From positions 208,446,001-208,510,000 of the forward strand of contig NC_058368.1 of the NCBI RefSeq assembly GCF_018350175.1: a stretch of DNA of 64,000 nucleotides, in the 5' to 3' direction. Positions 26,620-38,899 of the stretch are shown piece after piece; within the stretch, counting starts at the first letter, position 1; every line of letters begins with the position of its first letter. The DNA is from Felis catus. Its lineage: Eukaryota. The notes under the pieces are model-generated. The model had not been told where the DNA came from. It worked only from the letters and a program-made list of their open reading frames with translations, and did no database searches. The translations under genes and the position numbers were made by a program.

Positions 26620-26836
26620 GGGGCGCCTGGGTGGCTCAGTCGGTTGAGCGTCCAACTTCGGCTCAGGTCACGATCTCACAGTCCGTGAGTTCAAGCCCCA
26701 CGTCAGGCTCTGTGCTGACAGCTCGGAGCCTGGAGCCTGCTTCCGATTCTGTGTCTCCCTCTCTCTCTGCCCCTCCCCTGCTCATGCTCTGTCTCTGTCT
26801 CAAAAATAAATAAAAATAACATTAAATTTTTTTAAA
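26620..26836 (+). mobile_element. CAN-SINE inserted in the L1 poly(A) tail
   Basis: TSD AAATTAAAAAAATA at 26606-26619 and 26837-26850. Confidence 0.93.
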
Positions 26837-29229
26837 AAATTAAAAAAATAAATATTAGCCATTTGCAGCTGATTTTGCCAACAAAACAAATCTAATAATA
26901 GTAATAATAATAACAGTACTAATGACCATTGTTTGAGGATTTATCATACCTTAGGCAGTATTCTACCTGTATTTGTCTATATCAAGTTGGTGATTAAGGT
27001 TCTAGAGCCAAACTGTATGATTAGATAAGGGGACTGGACACGATCAGATAGGCAGAATCTATGCGCTAAATTCCTCAGGAAAAGGAATTTACAAACCAGA
27101 TGGAAAGGAAAAAATGACTTATTGTTGGTGGAATTTAGGCATCAGCTACAATGTAAGACAAGGGGTGTGGTGCAGAGAAATGACATTTATGCCTGGACAT
27201 TTCCAGTACCCTTCAAATAACACCTCATATAGCTGGCCATGGAAGAATCTTTTTTCAGCCAAGTGCAAGATGAGCTTACTGGGGCTATATTTTCAGGTGT
27301 TTGGGGGCCAATACAGGGATAGTATGGAATGAGCCTCCCTTTTGTACCAGGGCACATATGTTGCTCTTAGTCTCCTGGCCCAGAAAGCATATCTGCTTCT
27401 ATAACATCAGCCCCTGAGACCAGAAGTGGCACCAATGAAAAAGCAAATAATAAACAGGTGGAGAAAAGTAATAACTTGAGCTTTGCCTGGACTGGATTCA
27501 ATTTCTGCCTGCAGCATTTCAGTTTCAACTCACTAAACCTTGGTCAGAGTCTTGGGAGAACAAGACAGTACAATTCTGAAAAGCAATCAAAAAGTGACTG
27601 CCAAGTTATTGGGAGGTTCCATGGTGCGTTCCTAAACCAGTGCTAATCTAATAAATGTACGGGCAATGAACTGCGAAATTGAGAACATGATTGTCCACGT
27701 TCCCTAAGCCAAAGGAATAAAACGGTCATTTTCCCCTTTATTTCATATGAAAAAGGAATCGCTAATAATATGTTATTTTGCACCTTTGTATAAAACATGG
27801 AAGTCTGTATGTCTAATGGCATTTGTTAGCAGGGAGAAAACACTTAGAGAATTATGATCCTGGGTTTGCCAGACCCCACCTTCAAACAAAAGGCAAGGAG
27901 GAGTACTGACTTCTGAGCCAGAAGGCCTGGATTAGGAGCCCAAACTCTGCCATTTAGCACTTCGTGAAGTGAGTATTAATTCCTATTTTACATCATTGTG
28001 TGAGCTTTAAATGAGATAATGTTTGTGGAAAGCACTGTTTGAAGTGTATGAATGAATGAGTGAGTATAAGGCAGAAAATAGGGAGAGCAAATATTTTCAT
28101 TTCAGTTTGGGGAATTACCGGATTTTTTTTTCCACTTTAATCGCAGTTTTTAAAAAAAAAAACCCACAAATTTTGTGGGTACAACTTATACAACATAGCA
28201 AAAGCAGTAGAACCATTGAGGACTGGCAATGACACTCTAAGATCTTAGGGTTACCTTCTGGGACATCAATTCAAATCAACCAGTGTTTGCTCAGAACATC
28301 AGCTGAGTTGTGGAACTGAGCTGGTTGCTGTAGAAAATACAACAATGATTAGGATTCAGTGACTGCTTCTGATGTGATTACGAACTAATGGGAATCAGAT
28401 GGGATAAAATAAGTGAGTTTTAGGCGAGATGAAAAATTATAAATGCAAAAGATGTTCAAAAAGCGGTAGCTAATTGCAAATAGTTACCTCTCGCTGGGTG
28501 ATCAAAGATAAGACTTCATGAAGGAGAACGCATTAGGGATATACTTTGAAGAATGGATAGTGTATCATTCTGGACCTAATCTGGAAAACAGATACCAAGC
28601 CAAACATTTCTAACATAGAGGATTTAATTCAGGAATCAGTTACAAAAATACTGAATGAGCCAAGAAAGCAAAAACGGGAAGGCCAGGCAAACCAGAGATT
28701 TATAGTTTAAGGAAGAAGTTTCCATCCCTCTGGATGTAGAAACAAAGAAGAGGGGGCCATCTTACCCACAACCAGGAGCTCATTCTCCTGCACTGCTGGG
28801 GGTGCCCCCAGCTATCTGGGACCTGCTGTAGAGGGGCCTTTACTTGGAAGTGTCCTGGAACCATAAAGGCCCAACAGCTGGCACTGGGACATCCCTGATG
28901 GGAATCACCATGCCTGCATCTTTGAAGTAGCACTAATTTAATATGAATACCTTCCTCACCAACCCAGGAATGTTGTATTACTTTAAAGCAAAATTTTTGA
29001 TAGGGCTTTTGGGGTCTTTTGGATCCTTCCAAACATGAAATATCTTACTCCCCAGCTAAGGATTCTTTCATTAAAATACTGATTTTTAACTATATACCCA
29101 AGGACTGGTGAAATAACCAAGATGTGCTTGGGATCGCACTAAGCTGTATTTAAGGTGGATTTGGACAAAACATCACTCATCAATGCATCAGCCTCCATAA
29201 GCCCCCTATTTAGTCTCTAAGAATTTGTT

Positions 29230-29679
29230 CTTTTTTAAAAAAAATGTTTATTTCCGTTGGAAAAAAAAAAGGGGGGCGCCTGGGTGGCACAGTCAGTTAA
29301 GCGTCCGACTTCAGCCGGGTCACGATCTCACGGTCCGTGAGTTCGAGCCCCGCGTCAGGCTCTGGGCTGATGGCTCAGAGCCTGGAGCCTGTTTCTGATT
29401 CTGTGTCTCCCTCTCTCTCTGCCCCTCCCCCGTTCATGCTATGTCTCTCTCTGTCCCCCAAAAAAATAAATAAACGTTGAAAAAAAATGTTTATTTCTTT
29501 TTGAGAGAGTGCATGTGGGGGGGGGCAGAGAGGGGCAGAGAGAAAAGGGGACAGAGGATCTGAAGCGGGCTCTGTACTGACAGCAGTGAGCCCAGTGTGG
29601 GGCTCAAACTCACCAGCCACGAGATCATGACCTGAGCCAAAGTTGGATGCTCAACTCACTGAGCCACCCAGGCACCTCC
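29230..29679. mobile_element. Young + strand CAN-SINE (29273-29479) inserted in the tail of an older - strand CAN-SINE
   Basis: Outer TSD AGTCTCTAAGA(A/G)TTTGTT; inner 18-bp TSD AAAAAAAATGTTTATTTC at 29237-29254 and 29480-29497. Confidence 0.95.
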
Positions 29680-29949
29680 AGTCTCTAAGAGTTTGTTAGC
29701 GTATAGTTGGTGTCGAAATAGTATGTTTCCCCAGTACCCAGTTAGTCTGGTAGGTGGTCTTCAGGTATCTTGGAAAGCCAGGAGGAGGAGCCACCGAGTG
29801 TGCTTGAGGTGTTATTGCAGAGTCTTTCCTAATGGCGCCCAATTCCTTCTTGTGCTGCCTATGGCTCCACCTATTGTCCCCTTCTGCCATGGTGCCTATT
29901 TCAAGTCAGACACATGGTCACAAGATCTGGAAGTTGCTTACGTAACATA

Positions 29950-30680
29950 ATATTGGATCAACTTCATTGCTAACTTGCAAATGAGGCATCAGAGACAGAG
30001 AGAAGTGTTCGATTTAGTTTATCAAAATACTTCATGTTTTTAGTTGAGTCAGGGATGTTGCCTTATCGCCAGGTTGCCAACAGGATGGACTTTTCCATGC
30101 GGTCAGTGTACTGGAATACTTGAAACAAGCATAGTATCTCGCTCACTACTCTGCCAACAGGGAGGTCATCCATTCTAAAGTACTGTTGGATTCCGTCCTT
30201 CTTCATCAATAATAAAGAGACCTGAAGACCGTGTCCTGTGCTCTCCATACATGATAATTCTTTGAGATCTGATGGGTCAAATCTGAAAGAAGTGAGATCT
30301 CCCCAGACCCAAGCCCTCTTCATGGGGAGGGGGGAGGTATTCCTTCTCACTATAACAGGTAAATCATGAATCAGCAGGGCATGCTATCACTTCAGTCTTT
30401 ATAGATCTGAAGTCTCAAGTCTGTCGCTAAATTGATCGATCATTTAACACAAAAATGTGAAATCAAGAAGAAAAAAAATATATGGATTTCCCTGTGACCC
30501 AGTTAAATTGAGCTCTTCGGGTTCTCCATTTGTCACTGCTGATACTTCCCAGTAAGGCGCACATTTGGCTTTGCTGAAGTGCAGGCAGTGTTCAGGCACG
30601 GGCACCCTACATGCCTCTCTGGTGTCGATGCTCTGCCTACATCAACGTGGCACTCCCTTCCACTGTCCTCAGGTCTGACT
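29950..30680 (-). pseudogene. PRDX4: Processed (intronless) pseudogene of peroxiredoxin-4, heavily decayed
   Basis: Minus-strand fragments match PRDX4 in order: RPEDSGRECH (~RPRTREEECH), LHFSKAK..APYWE (~LHLSKAKISKPAPYWE), LDFTFLC* at 30444-30467 (~LDFTFVCPTE, stop right after the peroxidatic Cys), DDLPVGRVVSEILCLFQVFQYTD (~NDLPVGRSVDETLRLVQAFQYTD), IPD..KYFDKLN (PRDX4-type C terminus, ending ~30012). No introns; frameshifts and stops present; AATGAA at 29963-29968 is a probable decayed poly(A) signal. Confidence 0.93.
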
Positions 30681-30769
30681 TCCATAGGGAGTGTTTCAAT
30701 GTTGTTCCTCCCTGGCCATGTGTTCATGTTACCTAAATTTTGGCAAATCCACAGTCTCTCACCCTGAAA

Positions 30770-30822
30770 GTTTTACTTACTTTTTACTTACTTACTTTAC
30801 TTACTTACTTACTTTTACTTAC
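30770..30822. repeat. (TTAC/TTTAC)n simple repeat
   Basis: Direct inspection. Confidence 0.85.
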
Positions 30823-32765
30823 ACCAATCAAGTAGGACCTTGATGAATTATCCATATACTTATGGAACTTCAGAATCAGTTAACTTCTGCCAAAGATTCT
30901 TGTCAGTCAGCTCATTGCTATTAACAAATCCACCCTGCTGCCTGTTACAGTAAACAAACACCTTTGTCTCTGGCAAGTCTGGTAAGTGTAGGCACGCTTC
31001 TCCTATGGAGAGGCCGAAGGGCTCTCCAGCCCCACCGAAATCAGGGAAACCCATTTCAATCGTAGAACCTCCCACTAGCATACTCAGTCCACATTCAATA
31101 GCCATAAAAGCACCACTCAAAGACAACATTGGGCGGGTCTCCTTCCCAATGTTATTTCCAAAGGCCTTGGTGAAGAGCATGGTAACTGGACCCTCTCCAG
31201 AAACACAGAGGATAGATGCTGATCAAACACACTAAATGTATTCCACCTTTCCCATTTTGACTTCTTTTCCTACATCATGATAAGAAACTTATCTCATCTT
31301 GATATCATTTAGTGGCTTCAGTCTATCAACCAAGCTAACAACAAGCATCGCTTCCAGATGATTGAACTAAATTCATGGGTAGGTGCTCTTTTATTGATAA
31401 GTCCAGTCCTGGCTAAAATGATCCCCTTTCCTCCTTGGGCAGGCAACCCAAGAAAACACTCTTATGTTATTCCCCAGATTTTTTGCTGACAACGTTAGAA
31501 AGAGGCCACATTTTTGGGGTGGGGAGATATAAGCTTTTATCTAGATTTGTCTTTATCAGTGTACCCCCGAGGGCATGGCTACTGCTGGCAAGGAAGAGAC
31601 TTCAACACCTTTTGTTGGTTTTTTTAATGTCCATAACCCTGCCCATACCTCTGTTGATAGTCTCTTCATTAAGAAATCTGCAGCTAAACCCTCTGAGTGT
31701 TTCATCTGATACCACCTGAGTACTTTGAGGGATCTGTCAAAATTCAGAATTTCAAAAGTCCCTCAAAATTCAGAATTCTGAAGAGTGCTTCATGAGGGTA
31801 GGGCCTTGTGAATTGTTTAATGTTTCTTTTTCTAGAGGTTAGTCCAGCGCCCGGCAAACACTGAGTATCCAAGCAATATTTATGATTGAGAGCCAAGAAA
31901 CAAGGATTAATTAGGAAGCTACTGAGTTAGCTCTGCTGAGAAAAATCAGCCCTGCATGGAAGGAATCAATCTTATGATGTACATATTGTTTCCATTTTAC
32001 AGAGGTTTAAATGAATTAAGTAAAAAGTCCACATTCCTACATGTAATGAACAGCAGAGTTGGGATTTGAACCCATGTCTAACTGTGAAACTCATACTCGC
32101 CCATTATATCATGCCATGGGGTGGGAAGGGTGGTCCAGCAGTGAGGACCCAGTAAAAAGAGGCAAGATACAGGAGGTATCGGCAAGTGACTAGATGCAGT
32201 GGGTGGGACAGAAAAATGAGGCAAAGTTGAGGGGTTCTGGGTTCTGGGCCGGAGTCACAAGGAGAGTGGTGACACCATCAAAAGACATGGAGAAGGCAAG
32301 GAAAGGCACTTCCAAGGACAGGCTTCTGGAGTCTGCTTCGGACTAAGCGGGGCTAATGGAGGGCCAACTGGATGGAGCTCTTCTCCGGGCAGTTGGATAG
32401 AAGTAGGCATCTCAGGACCAAGGTGGTGGCAAGGAAATAGATTTGCAAGTGACTCATATTGAGATGCTGATCTAAAGGTATGAACACCGAGGAGAAAAGT
32501 TACCCAAGTACAAGGGGTGAATGTATGTGGTCCAGGCATGACCTGTGGGTGGTGCTGAGTACATACAGATCCTAAAGTATGTCCTAAAAGCAGGTCTCCT
32601 TATTAACTCTTCCTATCAGCGGTTTTCTTGTGATTTTCACATTTATTTAAGTGGGGTGTGTTAGCAGGGGATGAAAAACACATAGAGGCTCTCTGACCAA
32701 TGAAGGATCCACTCTTGGTGTGAGTTGGGGTCTGTCTGTGCATGACTTAGTCTTCTCAAGGAGAC

Positions 32766-32997
32766 TTTATTTATTTTTTTATGTTCATGTATTTATTTTG
32801 AGAGAGAGGGAGCATGCATGCACACCAGTGGGGGGAGGGGCAGAGAGAGAGAGCGGGAGGGAGAGAGAATCCCAAGCAGACTATGTGATGTCAGCGTGGA
32901 GCCCAACGCGGGGTTCAATCCCACAAACCACAGGGGATTATGACCTGAGCCGAAATCAAGAGTCAAACGGTCAACTCACTGAGCCACCCAGGCACCC
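32766..32997 (-). mobile_element. CAN-SINE (older)
   Basis: gagagaatcccaagcaga...gagccacccaggcaccc. Confidence 0.9.
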
Positions 32998-33889
32998 TCT
33001 AGAAAACTTTAAATAGCCAAGTGAAGAAACTCCAAATGCTGGTGATTATCTGTCTGGGGGCTGAAAACCCAACCTCCGGGAGCCATGACTCCTTGGGTCA
33101 CCCACCCGTCAGCGGGGCTTTGACTGTACAATCCCCAGGCACAGCCTCCAGGATTGGGTGTCTGCGTCCGCAGGTTGGGGATCCCCTTTCCTCTCCATCC
33201 TTCCCTCCCTGCCTTCCCTGAAGATTTACTGGGCTGCACCACCTTGTCTGATGGGTCTTGGCCGGGGCTTTCTAAGAAGCCAGGTTCCCCCATGAAAAAT
33301 AGTACTGAAATTCCACTTCTCAGACCAAGTTGCCCGATTACAGCCGTGTCAGACATGGCCACCTCGGTCTTTCTATCAAATCAAAAAACGACCTCAGATT
33401 TCTATCTGAACACAGATAATCCAAAACGGCTGGATTTTAAAAGAGTCTTTCTGCACGCAACATTTTTATAGTGGAAAAGTACCCTGATTAATTTAGGAGA
33501 GCATTTTACCCTAATTTAGTTATAAGTGACTGAAAATGTGCTTTTGCACCTGTTTAGGATGACATTTCATGGGCATCTACCCTACATAGCCTTTCCATGA
33601 CAATAAACACGTAGACTTGTTATTTGCTAGTTGCATAATTGCGGTTTTCTTCTGCTTGTTCTCAGAAAGGTGGAGAGCTGCTGGTGTGCTCTTTGTTCCC
33701 CTTTCTTTTTTTTTTCCAGGGGAAAAATGTAAAACGCATCAAACCTAGGGAAAGAAACAGTCAATATGCCATTGCTGCATGTAGGCTGCTGCATGCGTAT
33801 TTATTTGCCAGTTCATTCTCTGAATTCTCTGAAGCGCTTTGAGGGCTGGTTGGGCTCAGGGCACGCTAAGTGGCAACGCATGCCAATGA

Positions 33890-33903
33890 CCGCCAGAGGG
33901 CAG
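33890..33903 (+). promoter_or_regulatory. Candidate CTCF site (CCGCCAGAGGGCAG)
   Basis: Near-perfect CTCF core with typical TGA 5' flank, in unique sequence. Confidence 0.65.
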
Positions 33904-34024
33904 TCATGCCCTCATAAACTTCAGGAAGGCAGTCTGTCCTCCATCCGCAAAATGAGAATGGCTCTTGCAATCTGTAACTCCAACCACCTCTCTCAACCAC
34001 TGAATAAATAATTGCTATGATAGA

Positions 34025-34255
34025 AAATCACTGCATGTGCTCTGCAGTCAGACTGCCTGACTTAAATCCCAGCTCTGCCACTTACTAGCTGTGTGACCTT
34101 GGCTGAATTACCTAACAAACCTCTCTGGGTTTGTTTCCTTCTTGTTTGTAAAATGAGGATATTAATAATATCCATCTCGTAGGCTTGTTGTGGACATCGA
34201 ATGAGTTAATATTTGTCAAGGGCTAAGAACAGAACCTGGCGCATGATAAGCTATT
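34025..34255 (+). mobile_element. MIR, near full length
   Basis: gtcagactgcctgacttaaatcccagctctgccacttactagctgtgtgaccttgg...gtaaaatgagg. Confidence 0.88.
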
Positions 34256-34289
34256 ATATTTGTTGTTGTTACTAATAATATTAAATTAA

Positions 34290-37200
34290 ACCGGTTTTAT
34301 TTTCTCTTTCAGGGGCCCAACCGAACTGTCTAAGGAAAAGGGGCATGATTGAGGAGAAAGGGGGGAAAGCTGTGCCCGGAATCTCCGGGTGACGGAGAAG
34401 GGGGTGTCAAACATGGCAGCACTCTGGGAGGAGAGCAGGAAAATGGCTCTAGGGAGGTTGGAAGGGGCAAAGCCTGACAGGTTTGTCTGTTTCTTCCCAA
34501 AGCTGGAATGACAGACCCAAGCTTGGGCTGCGGGAAGGCCAGCAGGCGTCTGGGACAAAAAGGGCTTGAGGCGAGCGAAGAGCTGTTTTCCCCAGCAGCG
34601 TTCAAGCAGGGCGCAATTAGCTGCGGCCTGGGGAGGTGGCTGTGGGGTGCCTGCCGCCTGGGCACCTCCCCTCACAGGCTGGGGGAAGGACAAAGGGAGG
34701 ACGCCAGCTCTGAAACTGAGGCCTTGGGGTTTTCACCACCAGCATGGCAGAGGCCGAGGAGACAGGGGGATGTTTCCAGCTGCCTTTAGCAAAAGCTTTA
34801 AGGTGGGGGTAAAGCGTGGGGGATTTGCAGCAGAAAGTGGGGTGCACTCTTCTGAAGGTTTCAGAGGACTCTGGGAATGATGTGGAGGTAAGTTCTGGGC
34901 AAGCTTCTCGAGGGCCAGGGGCTCAGCCATACTTGTAAACCGGCAACTGCACCTGCCCTAGGGCTGTGGACAAACGCTCCGGCTCCCCCTGCTGACACAC
35001 AATAGGATTGCACTTCCCGGCTGTTTCGAAGTCGGTGTAACTTTCGTGGGCTAATGAAATAGAAGCAGCGCTAAGAGCCAGTGCAGACTTTGCTGCGTTC
35101 TTTTTCGCGCCTGACCCAGCGGTGTGACTTCAGTGAGCAGAGTGTCCCCTACGCCGGCCTGTGGCAGACGTGCCACACGAGTAAAAAAAAAAAAAAAAAG
35201 TGAACCTTGGTTGCTTTAGGCCATTAAATGCTGGCCTAAAGCATGACCCGGCCCACCTTGGCACGGCCCTCTGCCATACACACGCACCTTTCCCCCGCCC
35301 CCCCACCTCACTGGATCCTCTGGAAAGCGCTGTGGGGTAGGGCTGTTACCTCAGTTTTCCAGGTGAGAAAACTGGGTCCCAGAAAGGGCGAGTCTTCAGG
35401 ATGTCAGAGCAAAGCGACAGAGCTGGCAATCCACCTCAAGCCCCAGGACTCCGCCACCCTCCCTAAGTATGACACCCGAGGACGCACAAACATGCACTGA
35501 TGTAATGGAAATGGTAACACCGGCCAGCACAGCCCAATCACTGCCATCACATGGCTTTCACGAGGACAAGTCTTTTCTGGGGCCGTGAACACAGACGTAC
35601 AGCATGGCTAGGTCCGTGAAGAGCAAAGGCCAGTAAGAAACAGCGCCTCAGAGAAAGGAAAACATTGCCTCGGCAAGACTTACCGCGAAGCATCACCTAA
35701 CACTCATTACGGTGGCTTTGAACCCAGTTGCTCTCATACCACTCCCTTCATCACCGAGTCCCTCACCACGATCACCCCAAGGCTGGCTCTCTCGTTCTTT
35801 ATACCAAACCTCCCTCCGATCACACTGACCTGTTCTAGTGCCTCAGTCACTCAGGGCCCTTTTCTCCCCCTTGGGAAACCAAGTCAGGAGAAGGCTGTGC
35901 GTGTACTCTGTCTCCCACATATCACTCCTGTGGGTTAACCTGCTCTCCCCGCGCTGGTCCAGCAGTGAGGTTTTGGACCCACTCAGCCGGCTGATACGGG
36001 AGGTGTCTGGGCTCTGGCCGGCTTTTCATTGTACCTCAAATCACATCCTGTAATCGGCAGTCGATTCCACCCACCCCGAGATCGCTTTCTGCGTCCATCC
36101 ATCCTTCGCTGCTAACTTTGGAGGGATCAAAAGAGCCCTGTGTGTTTTCCTAATCTCCCTAATCCTCCCGACTCTCCCTGTGAGGATGCAGGTATCATCG
36201 CCACCGGTTTTCAGATGAAACGAAAGGCCCAGAAAGTTTTAGCCACAGGCCCAAGGTCACCCCCCGTGGGCTGGTGGCAGGGATGGGAGCAGAACTCAGG
36301 CCGGCGGATCTCCCGGGCCATCAGTCTCCATTAGACCCTGCTGTCTCGCTGAATTCCCCCCGCAGTTTTAATTGAATATCATGTTCTTCACTTCCTGCCC
36401 TAAACAGAGCAACAGCTGCCACTCACCCTCTGAGCCGGCTGGCGGTACTTCAGTGGGGGGAAGTTATCCTGGGATATAAAGTGGGTGAAGCGTTTCAGGA
36501 TAAAAGGGCCCATCCAAACGGAAGATATTCACGAAGGTATAAAAGAGATGCCTCGACTTTACTGCTCTCCCTGACTTTCAAATGACATCGTGTCGGGCAC
36601 CGGGCTAAGAGGGAAATCCGCGAGGGAGGGTGAGTACCGGAGTTGGAAGGAGGGATCCTGTGGAGGAAAAAAAAAAAAAATATGTGGGTGTAACTGGATG
36701 AAAACTTCTCCCCATAAGAAATAAAAAAAAGTGCTATCATTGGTGAGACGCCAGTGTGCGGCCTTGTGGGACCGTCCTGGGTTCATCTTTTCTGGGGAAT
36801 GATGCGATAGGGTTTCAGGAGGATTAAAAGGAGGAGGAGTGTAATTCGCTGCACCCTGGTCCATCCACTGGACGGGGTCTACACCAGGAGCTCTCAGACT
36901 TGGGGCGTGTTGGCCTGGGCCACTGGGGAGACGCGTTGATCTCTGGCCCCGTTCCCGGGAGGTGTGACTTGGGAGGATTTGCGGCTGACTCGAAGGGAAG
37001 GCCCATCTGTGCCCCCGCCCCACCCCCATACACTTTGGGAGGGTCTTGTCCGGTGGAGGAGAAAGGAGCAAGCCCCAAGGAGGGGCTGGTTGTGTGCAGT
37101 GCAGCGTTGGGTCTGGTCAGCCCCAGGCAGCCTGCTCCGCCAGGGGCGACTGTCCGCCCGCTGAGTGAGGCCCTTGATCACACTTCAGGGCACGGAGGGC

Positions 37201-37870
37201 CCGTGTGGACAGGGGAATCTCGCCCTTGGAAATCTGAGCGGTTTGGTTCAGGCCAGGAGGAAATTGAAAAACTTCCCAACCAAAACGTTTACTTCCCGAA
37301 GAGATAAAAAACAGCTCAGGGTCATAAATCCGTGCCAACAGTCGGGACCCAGAGGTCAGGCTGGAGGCCCAGAAGGGAACCAACGGCCCTGAGAATGAGA
37401 AGTGTAAGGGGGGAGACCCTTGGCCATCAGGGTGCACAGCTTTTCCACAACCGCTCGGGTCACAGGAGCCCAAAGGGTGCCAGGGGACACCTCCCAGGAG
37501 GCAGGGGCTTGGGGGTTCATGGCATGCGCACACAGCGAGGCAGCGGGGCCCTGGGGATGTGGCCCACCCGGAACCCCGGATCCATCACAGCCTCTTTGTA
37601 TTTTGCAGAGTGGCATTTTTCCTGGAACCCAGCTTAGGCAAGTTCACCGAAAAGGAAGCAAATCATCAGGGAAGATGGTGCAAACAGCTGGCAGGCTCTC
37701 TTTTCTAAACCGAGAACCTGAGCTGAACCAGGAGGCCGGCGGACCAGGTGCCCAGCCCCAATGCCCAGAGGGGGGCTGTTTGTCCTACTGTGCCCCATCT
37801 TGGGCAAATGGGCCCCTGAGAAGGCAGCCCTAATTACCCTCAGGAACCTACGCAGTGTTCAGGTAATCAT
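34290..37870. promoter_or_regulatory. GC/CpG-enriched, repeat-poor block (weak CpG-island-like promoter or enhancer)
   Basis: CG dinucleotides visibly more frequent than in flanks; TATAAAAG at 36538-36545; donor AGG/GTGAGT at 36629/36630. Confidence 0.5.
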
Positions 37871-37947
37871 GGATTATGACTGCCACAGCAAGGACTGAAT
37901 GAATTATGACTCAGGATGCCTTTGACTGTTAATTTCTGTCTGCAGGG

Positions 37948-38032
37948 GCTTCTTCTTCTTCTTCTTCTTCTTCTTCTTCTTCTTCTTCTTCTTCTTCTTC
38001 TTCTTTTGTTGTTGTTTTTGTTTTGTTTATTT
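37948..38032. repeat. (CTT)n microsatellite plus T-rich tract flanked by a 14-bp direct repeat
   Basis: TGCAGGGGCTTCTT at 37941-37954 and 38033-38046. Confidence 0.9.
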
Positions 38033-38899
38033 TGCAGGGGCTTCTTATTTCAACATGCTAACTTTCCCATTCTGGGTAGCCTTACCCACACTCCCTCTCC
38101 CCTGAAAGGTTCCCCAAGGTTAGGAAAGTCTGCAGAAGAGTGTCCTTAGAATCAAGGAAATTATTAATAGTATCATCACTGAACCCTTAAGATTTGAGGA
38201 TCACACTAGTAGGGAGGAATTGTCATTTCCAAGGACAAATGGTGGTCCTGCTGATCCTAAAACTTCTTTATTTCTATATTTCAGTCATCTCCCACTGCTG
38301 GAGGGTGAGGTAGATAATCATCCTCTGATATGAGGGTGCGGGGAGTCAATGTGAACTTAAAATAAAGCTTGTTTCCCTCAAGAATGGCATTGTAATGTTA
38401 CATAAGTCCTTTAACCTTCCTGGGCCTCGTGTTTTTCTCACCATAACACAGCTGTCATTTCATCGAGTAAGCAAATCATGACTCTTAACTGCCTCCGAAG
38501 GGCCTTGAGCTCTACATTTGGAAGGCAGAGAAGGCTGAGCAAAATATTCATGTGTGATTGCTTATAATAAAATCAGAAACTCAATTTAAGAGCCTGTAGA
38601 TGTTGGATGGGCAAGCCTCACAAAGATATAAGTAAACATTTAGAGACATCACTGTTCAAAAAAGAGTTGATTCTCTTCTAGAGCAATCATCACAGAGGGC
38701 CATCTCACATCTCTGAAATGGAGTTACAAATAAAACAGAAATCAGAATAAGGAGAGGTGGTAAGGCATAGGAAAAGGCCAATGATCTGGACTTAGCCAGT
38801 CCTGATTCTGTCCCAGCACTAACTAGTTCATGATCTTGGGTAAGTCATCTGTCACGTCATCTGTCACTTTGGCCCTTGCTTTCGTTGTGTTTATGTTTT

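Noticed and set aside
28162..28180. Palindrome ACCCACAAA-T-TTTGTGGGT (also CTGCGGG-TG-CCCGCAG at 56667-56682)
   Set aside because: Too short for a pre-miRNA and roughly expected by chance in 64 kb.
30860..31400. LFTKAFG motif reminiscent of CR1/RTE reverse transcriptase (LDFSKAFD)
   Set aside because: The similarity is too short to support without a profile search.
37916..38149. ORF with poly-Leu resembling a signal or TM peptide
   Set aside because: The poly-Leu is just the translated (CTT)n microsatellite.
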